A stretch of 64,000 bases of DNA from Spirochaetia bacterium (GTDB lineage: Bacteria > Spirochaetota > Spirochaetia > DSM-16054 > Sediminispirochaetaceae), in the NCBI GenBank assembly GCA_034520965.1, contig JAXHMY010000002.1:512001-576000 (forward strand). The letters run 5' to 3'. The notes under the pieces are model-generated. The model had not been told where the DNA came from. It worked only from the letters and a program-made list of their open reading frames with translations, and searched no databases. A program made the translations under genes and the position numbers. Shown piece by piece: positions 7,001-15,969 of this stretch; positions within the stretch are counted from its first letter, which is position 1; the number at the start of each line of letters is the position of its first letter.

Positions 7001-9670
7001 CTAATCGTTCAGCAAATCCTCTGCTACCGCTTGCGCTGCGGCCAAACGGGCAATCGGAACCCGGTAGGGGGAGCAGGAGACATAGTTGAGTCCATTGCGG
7101 TAACAGAACTCGATGGACGAAGGATCTCCTCCGTGCTCACCACAGATACCCATTTTTAGGTCTTTCTTTGTGGCCCGGCCCTTCTCAACCGCCATCGTAA
7201 TCAGCTGGCCGACTCCAGCCTGATCTATACTCTGGAAGGGGTCGTAGGGCAAAATGTTCTGATCCAGGTATTCGGCTATAAAACTGCCGATATCGTCACG
7301 GGAGTATCCAAGGGTCATCTGAGTCAGGTCGTTGGTACCAAAGGAGAAAAAGTCCGCATCTTCGGCAACTTCATTCGCTGTCAGAGCGGCCCGGGGAATC
7401 TCGATCATGGTTCCGATCTTATAGGCCAGGCTGCTGTTGTTTTTCTTCAACACATTCTGCACAACCGTCTCTGCATTCTCACGCAGCACCTTCAGCTCCA
7501 TTTTGGTACCCACCAGGGGAATCATAATTTCCGGAAGAACCTTTACGCCCGCTTTCTCAACCTCACAAGCAGCTTCCATAATTGCCTCAACCTGCATATC
7601 GTAGATCTCAGGATACGTTATTCCCAGGCGGCAGCCGCGGTGACCGAGCATAGGATTCATCTCTTTGAGGTCTTCCGCCATATTCTTGATAGATTCCGGC
7701 TTCAAGCCCACCTTATCGGCAAGCTCTTTAATGTCCTCATCTGTTTTCGGTACAAACTCGTGGAGCGGCGGATCCAGCAGCCGCACGGTAACCGGTAACC
7801 CTTCCATTGCGTTAAAAATACCCACAAAATCTTTTTGCTGCAAAGGCAGCAGCTTATCCAGGGCTTTCTGTCGGGCCTCTTTACTTTCGGCCACAATCAT
7901 CTCCTGAAAGATTTCCAGTTTCCCCACGTCAAAGAACATATGCTCGGTCCGGCACAGGCCGATACCTTCAGCGCCTAATTCCCGGGCCTTCTTTGCATCT
8001 CCGGGAGTATCGGCATTGGTGCGTACACCAAAACCTTTCTCCTTCACGCTCTTACGTTTATCCTTGTATCTGACATCATCCGCCCACAGCAGGAACTTCT
8101 CCAGGTCGGTGGTAATCTGCGGATCGACCAGATCGATCTGCCCTTCGTACACCTCGCCGTCGGTTCCGTCGATGGTCATCCAGTCGCCCTCATTGTAGGT
8201 CTTACCTTCAATTTGCAGTGTACCGCTGCTTACCACAGCTGCTTTACAGCCGGCTACACAAGGTTTACCCATTCCGCGGGCAACAACCGCTGCGTGGCTG
8301 GTCATTCCACCGGTCGAGGTAAGAATTCCTTCGGCTGCATGCATGCCTCCGATATCTTCGGGGGAGGTTTCTTTGCGGACCAACAGCACTTTCTTGCCCT
8401 GTTTTACCCATTCCTCCGCCTCATCGGCGGTAAATACGATTTGCCCGGTAGCTGCACCCGGGGAAGCGTTCAGCCCTTTGGCCAAAACATTAAGTTTTCC
8501 CTTTGAGGATGGTTCGATCCGGGGGTGAAAAAGCTGATCAAGCTGCTTTGGGGTAACCCGGCCAACCGATTCTTCTTCAGTGATCATTTTCTCTTCGACC
8601 ATGTCTACTGCAACCTTAATGGCCGCCGCACCGGTTCGCTTTCCGTTACGGGTCTGCAGCAGGAAGAGATTTCCCTGTTGAATAGTAAACTCAATGTCCT
8701 GCATATCCCGATAATGCTGTTCCAACCGGTCTTTAATTGTAAACAGTTGTTCATAGATTTCTGGGTTAATTTCTTTCAAATAGGAAAGGTTTTTAGGAGT
8801 CCGGATACCTGCAACAACATCCTCACCCTGGGCGTTCTCAAGGAACTCGCCAAAAAAGACTTTCTCACCAGTAGAGGGGTCGCGGGTAAAGGCAACGCCG
8901 GTACCGGAATTCTCGCCGAAGTTACCGAATACCATGGACTGGACGTTAACCGCGGTTCCCAACAGTCCAGTAATATCGTTGATTTTTCGGTATTTAATGG
9001 CCTTTTCGTTCATCCAGCTGCCGAGGACCGCATTGATCGATTTATACATCTGGTCCTTCGGATCCTGGGGAAAATCCTCGCCCTGCTGCTCTTTGTAAAC
9101 CCGTTTGTACACTTCAACCAGTTTTTTCAAATCCTCTGCATCCAAATCGGTATCCAGTTCGACACCCTTGGCTTTCTTCGCTTTTTCCAGTTCACCCTCG
9201 AACAGCTGCAGGTCCAAACCCATAGCGACATCAGAGAACATTTGGATAAAGCGACGGTAGGCATCCCAGCCAAAACGCTCGTTTCCCGTCTTTTTGGCCA
9301 GGCCGGCTACCGCATTGTCGTTAATGCCGAGGTTGAGAATAGTATCCATCATACCGGGCATAGATTGAGCAGCACCTGAACGTACGGACACCAACAGGGG
9401 ATCATCATGATCACCGAGCTTTTTGCCCATCATCTTCTCTAGCTTTTCCAGGTTTGCATCAATCTCAGCCTCTAATCCTTCCGGATACTGCTGGTTTTTT
9501 TCATAATAAATTTTACACACCTCTGCTGAGATGGTGAAGCCCGGCGGCACCGGCACCCCAAGATTCGTCATTTCAGCTAAGTTGGCGCCCTTGCCGCCGA
9601 GAAACTCCTTCATTCCGGAGTTGCCCTCAGCTTTTCCTTCGCCAAAAAAATACACTAACTTCTTTCCCAT
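7001..9670 (-). CDS. ppdK: Pyruvate, phosphate dikinase
   Basis: LGGKGANLAEM, PLLVSVRSGA..SMPGMMDT, GGMTSHAAVVARG (phospho-His), GIGLCRTEHMF, FSFGTNDLTQ; 889 aa. Confidence 0.98.
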   Translation of the reverse strand: MGKKLVYFFGEGKAEGNSGMKEFLGGKGANLAEMTNLGVPVPPGFTISAEVCKIYYEKNQQYPEGLEAEIDANLEKLEKMMGKKLGDHDDPLLVSVRSGAAQSMPGMMDTILNLGINDNAVAGLAKKTGNERFGWDAYRRFIQMFSDVAMGLDLQLFEGELEKAKKAKGVELDTDLDAEDLKKLVEVYKRVYKEQQGEDFPQDPKDQMYKSINAVLGSWMNEKAIKYRKINDITGLLGTAVNVQSMVFGNFGENSGTGVAFTRDPSTGEKVFFGEFLENAQGEDVVAGIRTPKNLSYLKEINPEIYEQLFTIKDRLEQHYRDMQDIEFTIQQGNLFLLQTRNGKRTGAAAIKVAVDMVEEKMITEEESVGRVTPKQLDQLFHPRIEPSSKGKLNVLAKGLNASPGAATGQIVFTADEAEEWVKQGKKVLLVRKETSPEDIGGMHAAEGILTSTGGMTSHAAVVARGMGKPCVAGCKAAVVSSGTLQIEGKTYNEGDWMTIDGTDGEVYEGQIDLVDPQITTDLEKFLLWADDVRYKDKRKSVKEKGFGVRTNADTPGDAKKARELGAEGIGLCRTEHMFFDVGKLEIFQEMIVAESKEARQKALDKLLPLQQKDFVGIFNAMEGLPVTVRLLDPPLHEFVPKTDEDIKELADKVGLKPESIKNMAEDLKEMNPMLGHRGCRLGITYPEIYDMQVEAIMEAACEVEKAGVKVLPEIMIPLVGTKMELKVLRENAETVVQNVLKKNNSSLAYKIGTMIEIPRAALTANEVAEDADFFSFGTNDLTQMTLGYSRDDIGSFIAEYLDQNILPYDPFQSIDQAGVGQLITMAVEKGRATKKDLKMGICGEHGGDPSSIEFCYRNGLNYVSCSPYRVPIARLAAAQAVAEDLLND

Positions 9671-9725
9671 AGTTACTTATAACCTCCATAATTTTGGGTA
9701 TATTAATTTCATATCTCTATCTCTG

Positions 9726-9754
9726 ATGGTAAGATAATTACATCGCCCTGTCAA
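9726..9754 (-). promoter_or_regulatory. Putative sigma70 promoter of ppdK
   Basis: TTGACA-17 bp-TACCAT on the minus strand. Confidence 0.55.
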
Positions 9755-9790
9755 CAAACTATACATTTTTGAATATTCATAGTTCCATAC

Positions 9791-9823
9791 AAAAAAAAAG
9801 GAGGCACCCTAAAGATACCCCCT
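9791..9823 (-). terminator. Rho-independent terminator after the sigma factor gene
   Basis: Minus strand hairpin GGGGGTATC...GGTGCCTCC followed by a T9 run. Confidence 0.6.
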
Positions 9824-9836
9824 GATTACTCTTACA

Positions 9837-10718
9837 TTATGCGGTGTAAGACTCCAAGTGCATGCTTCGGGAAGGATGCTGAAGCCGCTTGATTGCTTTT
9901 TTCTCAATCTGTCGAATACGCTCTTTCGTCAAACTGTATTTGTCACCGATATCCTTCAAGGAGAGCGGTGTGCGCCCATTCAAACCGTAACGGTACTGAA
10001 TAATTTCGGCCTCTTTTTCGCTGAGTGTCTTAAGGACCTTATTGATATCATCCTTCAACGAATTTTCAAGTGCAACTTCCTCAGGAGCACGATAATCACG
10101 ATCCTCGATAAAATCACCAAGCTGGCTGGCTCCTTTGTCGGCGTACACCGGCGTTTCCAGGGACACCAGATCCTGGGAGATGTTAATAAGATTGGCCACA
10201 TGGTCTTTGTCCATCATGGTAGCTTGGGCAATCTCCTCAACCTCAGGTTCCTCAGCCTTGCCCGACTGCAGCTCCTTACGAGCTTTGTCAATCTGCACCA
10301 GTTCATTCGCCCGATTGAGGGGCAATCGAATCATGCGTGCTTTTTCACTAATCGCCTTCAGAATTGCCTGACGTATCCACCATACAGCATAAGAAATGAA
10401 GTGAAAGCCCTTATCAACATCGAAACGCTCGATTGCATTCATAAGGCCGATATTGCCCTCATTTATTAGGTCGGACAGGGGCAAACCCTGGTTCTGATAT
10501 TTTTTGGATACATTCACCACAAATCGCAAGTTAGCGTTTACTAATTTTTCCTTGGCCGCCTGATCGCCCTGGGCTGCCAGCCGTGCGTAATGGTTCTCTT
10601 CTTCACGGGTGAGAAGAGGTATTTTATTGATCTCTTTAAGGTAAAGAGAGATAATATTCTCATCATCAAAAGATGCGGCTGCCGTTGTAACTCTTTTCTG
10701 CTTTGTTTTAGTTTCCAT
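9837..10718 (-). CDS. Sigma70-family sigma factor lacking region 1.1 (RpoS/SigA-like)
   Basis: Region 1.2 LYLKEINKIPLLT.EEE, region 2 NLRFVV..DLINEGNIGLM.A.ERFD..KGFHFISYAVWWIRQAI, region 4 LTKERIRQIE; 293 aa. Confidence 0.93.
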   Translation of the reverse strand: METKTKQKRVTTAAASFDDENIISLYLKEINKIPLLTREEENHYARLAAQGDQAAKEKLVNANLRFVVNVSKKYQNQGLPLSDLINEGNIGLMNAIERFDVDKGFHFISYAVWWIRQAILKAISEKARMIRLPLNRANELVQIDKARKELQSGKAEEPEVEEIAQATMMDKDHVANLINISQDLVSLETPVYADKGASQLGDFIEDRDYRAPEEVALENSLKDDINKVLKTLSEKEAEIIQYRYGLNGRTPLSLKDIGDKYSLTKERIRQIEKKAIKRLQHPSRSMHLESYTA

Positions 10719-10739
10719 CCTCGCCTCCTACCCTATATA

Positions 10740-10755
10740 TGCAAGAAGCGTGCCA
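10740..10755 (-). promoter_or_regulatory. Sigma54 (-24/-12) promoter of the sigma factor gene
   Basis: Minus strand TGGCACGCTTCTTGCA matches TGGCACG-N4-TTGC(A/T) and ends ~21 nt before the ATG, with SD AGGAGG between. Confidence 0.85.
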
Positions 10756-11022
10756 TTTTTTTGTAATGATTTTATAATTTTTATTTTTATATAATGCAAT
10801 GATTTAGGTAAACTTTATTTATTTAATAATACTAACCCATTTGTTCTGTGGGTCATAATTACTCATCTACTGCGATATCACCAAAATACCTAGTAAAAAT
10901 GTCACACTTGCCCCGCAATACCCGCAAAAGCTGGGCCATAGGATAAGCTCATGCCTATTTTTGTCCGTAAACAGATGATTTTACTAAGCCCCTCGCCTGT
11001 CTTAAGCACATTTTTTGGCGTT

Positions 11023-11517
11023 TTAGGGTGCAAACAGCGCGGCGAAGTCAATTTGAAACTCAAAAAATAGCATACGTTTCTCCTGGGATTCCATGCCCTC
11101 TAAAATACCGGCCGCTTTTATCTCCTGCCAGTAGGCGTCAATTATCCGTATCACATTCTTTCGTTCCGCTTCTGAATAAAACAGATCCGCCTTTTTTGTA
11201 GAAAAATAGCGATATAGCTGAATCGACTTAAAGCTATGCCAATCGGCCTCATCCTGACTGGTCTGCCGTTTCAGCATCCCTCCAGCGGGACCATTCGGAT
11301 TAATTGTGGAGGCGGAGAACCAGCATTCCCGCGCATTATCATGGTACCCTAGCTTGTTCAAAGCCACACCGCAAAGGTAAAAGATCTCGCCCATTGCCCG
11401 CATATCTTTTGTCGGACAGGCCTGCAGGGCTTTTTCGAAACAATAGGCCGCATCCTTCGGGTTGTGCCGGGCTAAAAAAGTCTTTCCACGATTGGTGAAC
11501 ATAATCCATTGCTGCAT
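11023..11517 (-). CDS. Hypothetical protein with N-terminal TPR-like helices
   Basis: RGKTFL...DAAYCFEKALQ and YLCGVALNKLG...ARECW resemble TPR units; SD AGAGG. Confidence 0.6.
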   Translation of the reverse strand: MQQWIMFTNRGKTFLARHNPKDAAYCFEKALQACPTKDMRAMGEIFYLCGVALNKLGYHDNARECWFSASTINPNGPAGGMLKRQTSQDEADWHSFKSIQLYRYFSTKKADLFYSEAERKNVIRIIDAYWQEIKAAGILEGMESQEKRMLFFEFQIDFAALFAP

Positions 11518-11591
11518 ACTACTTCCTCTTCTGTGTTAAAAATACACATAATACTGGACACCGGCAAGCATACATTTTTTTAAGTTTCTGC

Positions 11592-11620
11592 TTGACCCGT
11601 CCCCCTTTCATTCGTATATT
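11592..11620 (+). promoter_or_regulatory. Putative sigma70 promoter of groES
   Basis: TTGACC-17 bp-TATATT. Confidence 0.6.
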
Positions 11621-11685
11621 TTGATCGAAGTCCCTACACATGTTTTAATGTGCAAATTATTTAATTACTAATTCAGGAGGAAGGT

Positions 11686-11949
11686 ATGAAGATAAAGCCG
11701 CTTGGTGATCGAGTGCTTATCAAACTGGAGGAAGTCGAAGAGAAAACGGCCGGAGGTATTTTCATACCGCAAACGGCCCAGGAAAAAACGCAAACTGGTA
11801 CGGTAGTCGCGGTTGGTGATGACGAAACGATCAATGTGAAAGCAGGACAGAAGGTTATGTACGATAAGTACGCTGGAACCACTGTCAGCTCCGACAACGA
11901 AGATCATCTGCTCATCCGCTATGCTGATATTTTGGCGGTTATCGAGTAA
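11686..11949 (+). CDS. groES: Co-chaperonin GroES (no adjacent groEL)
   Basis: MKIKPLGDRVLI, KTAGGIFIP.TAQEK, VVAVG, DKYAGT, DILAVI; SD AGGAGG. Confidence 0.98.
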   Translation: MKIKPLGDRVLIKLEEVEEKTAGGIFIPQTAQEKTQTGTVVAVGDDETINVKAGQKVMYDKYAGTTVSSDNEDHLLIRYADILAVIE

Positions 11950-11981
11950 ACTTACTTCAGAGTAATTGAAAGCTACAAAGC

Positions 11982-12008
11982 AGCTGCTCCTTAGGGGCAG
12001 CTTTTTTT
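11982..12008 (+). terminator. Rho-independent terminator of groES
   Basis: AGCTGCTCC-TTA-GGGGCAGCT followed by a T run. Confidence 0.8.
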
Positions 12009-12070
12009 ATGCCAATGGGTTCTATGGGAAGGTGCGTTGCACAGCCCCAGACTTAGGCATAGGAAAAACT

Positions 12071-14536
12071 TTAAGTTTTAAAAGTCTCGCCGGAAGCGCC
12101 CGCCGGGTAAAAAAAATCTTCCATGCCCTGCAGTACCTGGGCGCCGCTCTCTATTTTCTGTCCGGTCGGCGGCAGTGATCCCAGCAATATTTTTCCATAG
12201 CTCTTATGGACAATCCGCGAATCTAAGATGCATACCACTCCGCGATCAGTTTTACGACGCATCAACCGTCCGAAGCCCTGCCGCAGCTTCATTGCCGCTT
12301 GGGGCAAAGAATAGTTCATAAACGAGTTGCCCCCCCTCTTCTCAACCGCCTCCATCCGGGCCTGCACCACAGGGTCGGTGGGCACCGCAAAGGGCAGCCG
12401 GCAAATTATTACCAGCCGCAGCGCCTCTCCGGGGGCATCTACCCCTTCCCAGAAGGAGTCGGTTGCAAATAGCACGCTGGAGATATCCGAATGAAAATGG
12501 GCCATCAGTTTGGAACGCTCCTCTCCGCCCTGCTTTAGAACCGAGATCCCCTTCTCCTCAAGCCCCGGAGCTACCTGCGCATGGGTCTCCTGGAGCATCC
12601 GGTAGGAGGTAAACAATACCAGCGCGCTTCCTTCGGAAATTGCAAGACTTTTCGCTACAAAGGCGCCGACATACTCCTGATAGCCCGGTTGGCTTGGCTG
12701 GGGAGCGTCGTTGGGAATGGCCAGCAATACCTGTTTTCGATAGTGAAAGGGTGACTCCAGCTGCACCGTAGACAGGCGGTCCTGATACATTCCGTTCAAT
12801 CCAACCCGGCTCAACCAATACTGAAACTGTTTTCGCACAGTCAGAGTTGCCGAGGTAGCGATAACGGTTTTATGCGGCTCATAGACCGCCTCCTGCATAA
12901 GCTCGGAGATCTGCAGCGGGGTGCGAATTAAATTGCAGAAGGGCTCCCGCTTCGAGGTAAAGCCCTTCTCGATCCAGCAAATTGCATCTTCCTGTTCATC
13001 GTACCGCTCTATGGCACCCAGCACCTTTGCCTGCGAGGCCAGCCGTTCAATCACAATACCTGTTTCAAAGACCTCCGACTCCTGGGCATATTTCTCATCC
13101 ACCATCTCCATTCCTCGCTCAAGGGCGGAGAGCAGCTTATTCAGGGCGGTGTGCATATGCCGAATCGGATCAAGGGCTTCTGCCAACTGCTGCGGATCGG
13201 TACTCTGTTTGATCCAGAAATTACCGGCAGTATCCAGGAAAGAGAGCAGCTGGTCATCAAGTTTATCAGCCTCGCTGTGCAGCTCCTGCACCAGTGTGGG
13301 AATAGACTGGTATACCTCCTGCTCATCCGAGTACTTTTGAAGCTGCAGGGCAAGTCCGAAAGCCCGGTTATGTCTGCGGCTGTAGATGCGCCGCAGTTGT
13401 TTAAAAAGAGCAAACTTGTTGTAACGGTCCGAAAAAAAGCTGGTCGCACTTCTTTCAAGGGAGTGGGCTTCATCAAAAATTATATGAGCGGTCGGCGGCA
13501 GTACCGCCGTACTGTCAAATCCGGCCCCGTCCACTCGGGCAGCCAAATCGGAGAACAGCAGGTGGTGGTTTACTACAAGAAGGTTGGATGCGGCGGCTTC
13601 CCGACGGGACCGCAACACAAAACATCTATCACGATGGGGACAGCGCAGTCCCATACAGGCATCGGACTCCGAACATACCCGGCTCCAGATATCCTGGGAG
13701 GGAAAGAAGGAGAGATCATCTCGGCTGCCGCTGTCGGTTACTTCGGCCCACTTCTTGATGGCCTCCAGCTCGCTCTCCTCCTGGCTGAACAGGGCCATCT
13801 CTTCGATGGTATCTTCCAGCCGACGCAGACATACATAATTGCCGCGTCCCTTTACCAGCTTCGCATCGACCTGCTTTCCAAGCAGCTTTTCGGCCAGGGG
13901 AATATCCTTATCCAGCAGCTGCTGCTGAAGGTTGATGGTAGCGGTTGAAATAATTACCCGCTCGCGGTTTTGCAGTGCCCATGAGGCCGCCGGAAGCAGA
14001 TAGGCAAGGGATTTACCGACACCGGTTCCGGCCTCAATCACAGCCAGTTTATGTTCGTTAAAAGCGGTGCCCACCGCTTCAAGCATTTCTATCTGGGGCT
14101 CCCGCGATTCGTAAGAGGGAAATTGGGTGCTCATTACCCCGCCGGGGCGGAGAATATCGGACAAACTGCCCACAGCCAGGGGGGTTTTCGGCGCTTGAAG
14201 CAATGGTTCGCTGACACAGTACACACTTTTAAGCCGGTTATCGATAATGTAGAAACCGATTCCCTGATTTCCAAGCCGCGAGGCCACCTGCAGGTCGGCA
14301 TCGCTGGGACGCAAAACTCCGGAAGGGTGATTGTGAATTACCACATCTCCGCTCTCCATATATGGGAACAGCGCCGGTGCGGCGGCTTCATTACCGCGGC
14401 CGGCTGCATCTATCTCATCAACCAAACCTTCACTGTTCACCTTGCCGTAAAACAGTACTTCCTGCCCCTCTGCATCCTCAATAGCTGCTTTAATTGTTGT
14501 CATTACTTCCGGTGTAAACCGTTCTGCACTTTTCAT
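12071..14536 (-). CDS. DinG-family SF2 helicase with N-terminal JAB/MPN-like domain
   Basis: EAGTGVGKS, STATINLQQQL, KGRGNYVC, Fe-S cysteines, FDEAH, SATL, FWEGVD, QGFGRLMR; N-terminal IHNHPSG.LRPSDAD. Start at MKSAE inferred. Confidence 0.9.
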   Translation of the reverse strand: MKSAERFTPEVMTTIKAAIEDAEGQEVLFYGKVNSEGLVDEIDAAGRGNEAAAPALFPYMESGDVVIHNHPSGVLRPSDADLQVASRLGNQGIGFYIIDNRLKSVYCVSEPLLQAPKTPLAVGSLSDILRPGGVMSTQFPSYESREPQIEMLEAVGTAFNEHKLAVIEAGTGVGKSLAYLLPAASWALQNRERVIISTATINLQQQLLDKDIPLAEKLLGKQVDAKLVKGRGNYVCLRRLEDTIEEMALFSQEESELEAIKKWAEVTDSGSRDDLSFFPSQDIWSRVCSESDACMGLRCPHRDRCFVLRSRREAAASNLLVVNHHLLFSDLAARVDGAGFDSTAVLPPTAHIIFDEAHSLERSATSFFSDRYNKFALFKQLRRIYSRRHNRAFGLALQLQKYSDEQEVYQSIPTLVQELHSEADKLDDQLLSFLDTAGNFWIKQSTDPQQLAEALDPIRHMHTALNKLLSALERGMEMVDEKYAQESEVFETGIVIERLASQAKVLGAIERYDEQEDAICWIEKGFTSKREPFCNLIRTPLQISELMQEAVYEPHKTVIATSATLTVRKQFQYWLSRVGLNGMYQDRLSTVQLESPFHYRKQVLLAIPNDAPQPSQPGYQEYVGAFVAKSLAISEGSALVLFTSYRMLQETHAQVAPGLEEKGISVLKQGGEERSKLMAHFHSDISSVLFATDSFWEGVDAPGEALRLVIICRLPFAVPTDPVVQARMEAVEKRGGNSFMNYSLPQAAMKLRQGFGRLMRRKTDRGVVCILDSRIVHKSYGKILLGSLPPTGQKIESGAQVLQGMEDFFYPAGASGETFKT

Positions 14537-14644
14537 TCCGTGATTATAGCTTAGCAATTCTAACTTTGAATAGTGCATTGAACTATTCAAAATTTAGAAT
14601 TGCTCTTATAGCTTCTTATTGATTTTTTTTGTATGATGTGAGGC

Positions 14645-15529
14645 ATGGAATTTGGATTCTACAAGTTATTTATTGCCAACCACGACTACATCCTTATTAA
14701 CGCGTTTAATAATGAGATGCCCGAAGAGCAGCATACCGCCCCCCTGGTCCATCGTGTGTGCAACCGCCACGAAGGTATCGGCGGTATGGGGGTAATTTTT
14801 ATAAGCCCCTCAAATGAACAGAGTGCCTCCCTCTACTATTATTCGGCCGATGGGAACGAACAGACCCCGCCGATTGAGGTGTTGATGTGTGCCGCTCGTT
14901 ACGCTTTCGATTTTGGCCTGGTACAGCAGGAGGAGCTGATATTTGATACTAGTAGAGGATCCGAGCGGCTGCATTGCATTGACAGCTCACACTTCAGCTA
15001 CCGGGTAGGCATTCCCTTTTCAAAACCGGAGAGTCAAATTGTCCCAGGCAGCTCAATTGATTTCCAAGTAGGTCTGCAAACCCAGGGCCGCAGCATTCAA
15101 TCGACACCGGTGCTGTTCAGCCGGCCCTATGCGGCCATCTACTCCAGTAATTTTTCTACCCAGGACAGCGACAAGGTGCCCCGCAGTGTGCCGATAGCAG
15201 GCCAGGACCATACCCTGGTGTTGTATCAGGTACGCAGCAGTGAGGAGATCGTTTTCTCAGTACCGGTGACCATTACGGTGCTGCCCGATATTGTAGAGGC
15301 GGCGGCCGCCGCTGGGGTTGCCGCAGTGGCCAACGGGTTCTGCGATCGTGACCTCATTATCCAGCTCTCCACCGGGGGAAGGTTTTTCTTTGAATGGAAC
15401 GAGCGCAGTAAGAGCGTATATCTTGCGGGCACCCCCCATTACGCCTTCAGCGGCACCTATTCGTCCGATGATGATCAAAAGTTTTTTGACGGAGATTTTG
15501 ACGGAGAAGAGTATGGACCCTCTATTTGA
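14645..15529 (+). CDS. Diaminopimelate epimerase (DapF)-fold protein lacking the catalytic motifs
   Basis: FYKL...HDYILI, CNRHEGIGGMG and YSADG align with the DapF N-terminus, but MCGNG and ACGTG are absent. Confidence 0.6.
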   Translation: MEFGFYKLFIANHDYILINAFNNEMPEEQHTAPLVHRVCNRHEGIGGMGVIFISPSNEQSASLYYYSADGNEQTPPIEVLMCAARYAFDFGLVQQEELIFDTSRGSERLHCIDSSHFSYRVGIPFSKPESQIVPGSSIDFQVGLQTQGRSIQSTPVLFSRPYAAIYSSNFSTQDSDKVPRSVPIAGQDHTLVLYQVRSSEEIVFSVPVTITVLPDIVEAAAAAGVAAVANGFCDRDLIIQLSTGGRFFFEWNERSKSVYLAGTPHYAFSGTYSSDDDQKFFDGDFDGEEYGPSI

Positions 15530-15962
15530 ACGATTTCAACGCCTCCTGCGCTCCTACATTCGTTTCGGAGCGCCCTCGGATGAGTGGTTTGAACAATCGC
15601 ATGGCGATACTGATTATGGCGATACTGATTATCAGGAAGCCTGGAACGAGTTAGATGAATTTTTGCGAAACGGGAGTACTGCCAAGCAGACCGGCCGCGC
15701 CGGCCATACCGGACGAACTGCCGGCACCACAGAGCGACTGCCTCCCGAAGAGCTCCGTAAAGACTACTCCCTCCTGGGGGTTGCCTTCGGAGCCACATTT
15801 ACGGAGGTACGTAACGCCTACCGTAAACTGATACGCACCCATCATCCGGATCTGCATGCCTCCGATAGTAATAAACAGCGGGAAGCTACCCACACGTCGC
15901 AGCAGCTGAACACCGCCTACCAGCGCATAAAAGCATGGGAAGCGGCTAAACGCGGCGCCTGA
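15513..15962 (+). CDS. J-domain protein (C-terminal DnaJ domain)
   Basis: YSLLGV...EVRNAYRKLIRTHHPDL...LNTAYQRI; ATG 15513 overlaps the end of the upstream gene. Confidence 0.85.
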   Translation: MDPLFERFQRLLRSYIRFGAPSDEWFEQSHGDTDYGDTDYQEAWNELDEFLRNGSTAKQTGRAGHTGRTAGTTERLPPEELRKDYSLLGVAFGATFTEVRNAYRKLIRTHHPDLHASDSNKQREATHTSQQLNTAYQRIKAWEAAKRGA

Positions 15963-15969
15963 GCAGTTC

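Noticed and set aside
11686..11949. groES without groEL and without a CIRCE element
   Set aside because: Separated groES and groEL is usual in spirochaetes as far as I recall; no TTAGCACTC-N9-GAGTGCTAA seen.
12071..14536. DinG as a type IV CRISPR-associated helicase
   Set aside because: No cas genes or array; the context is chromosomal housekeeping.
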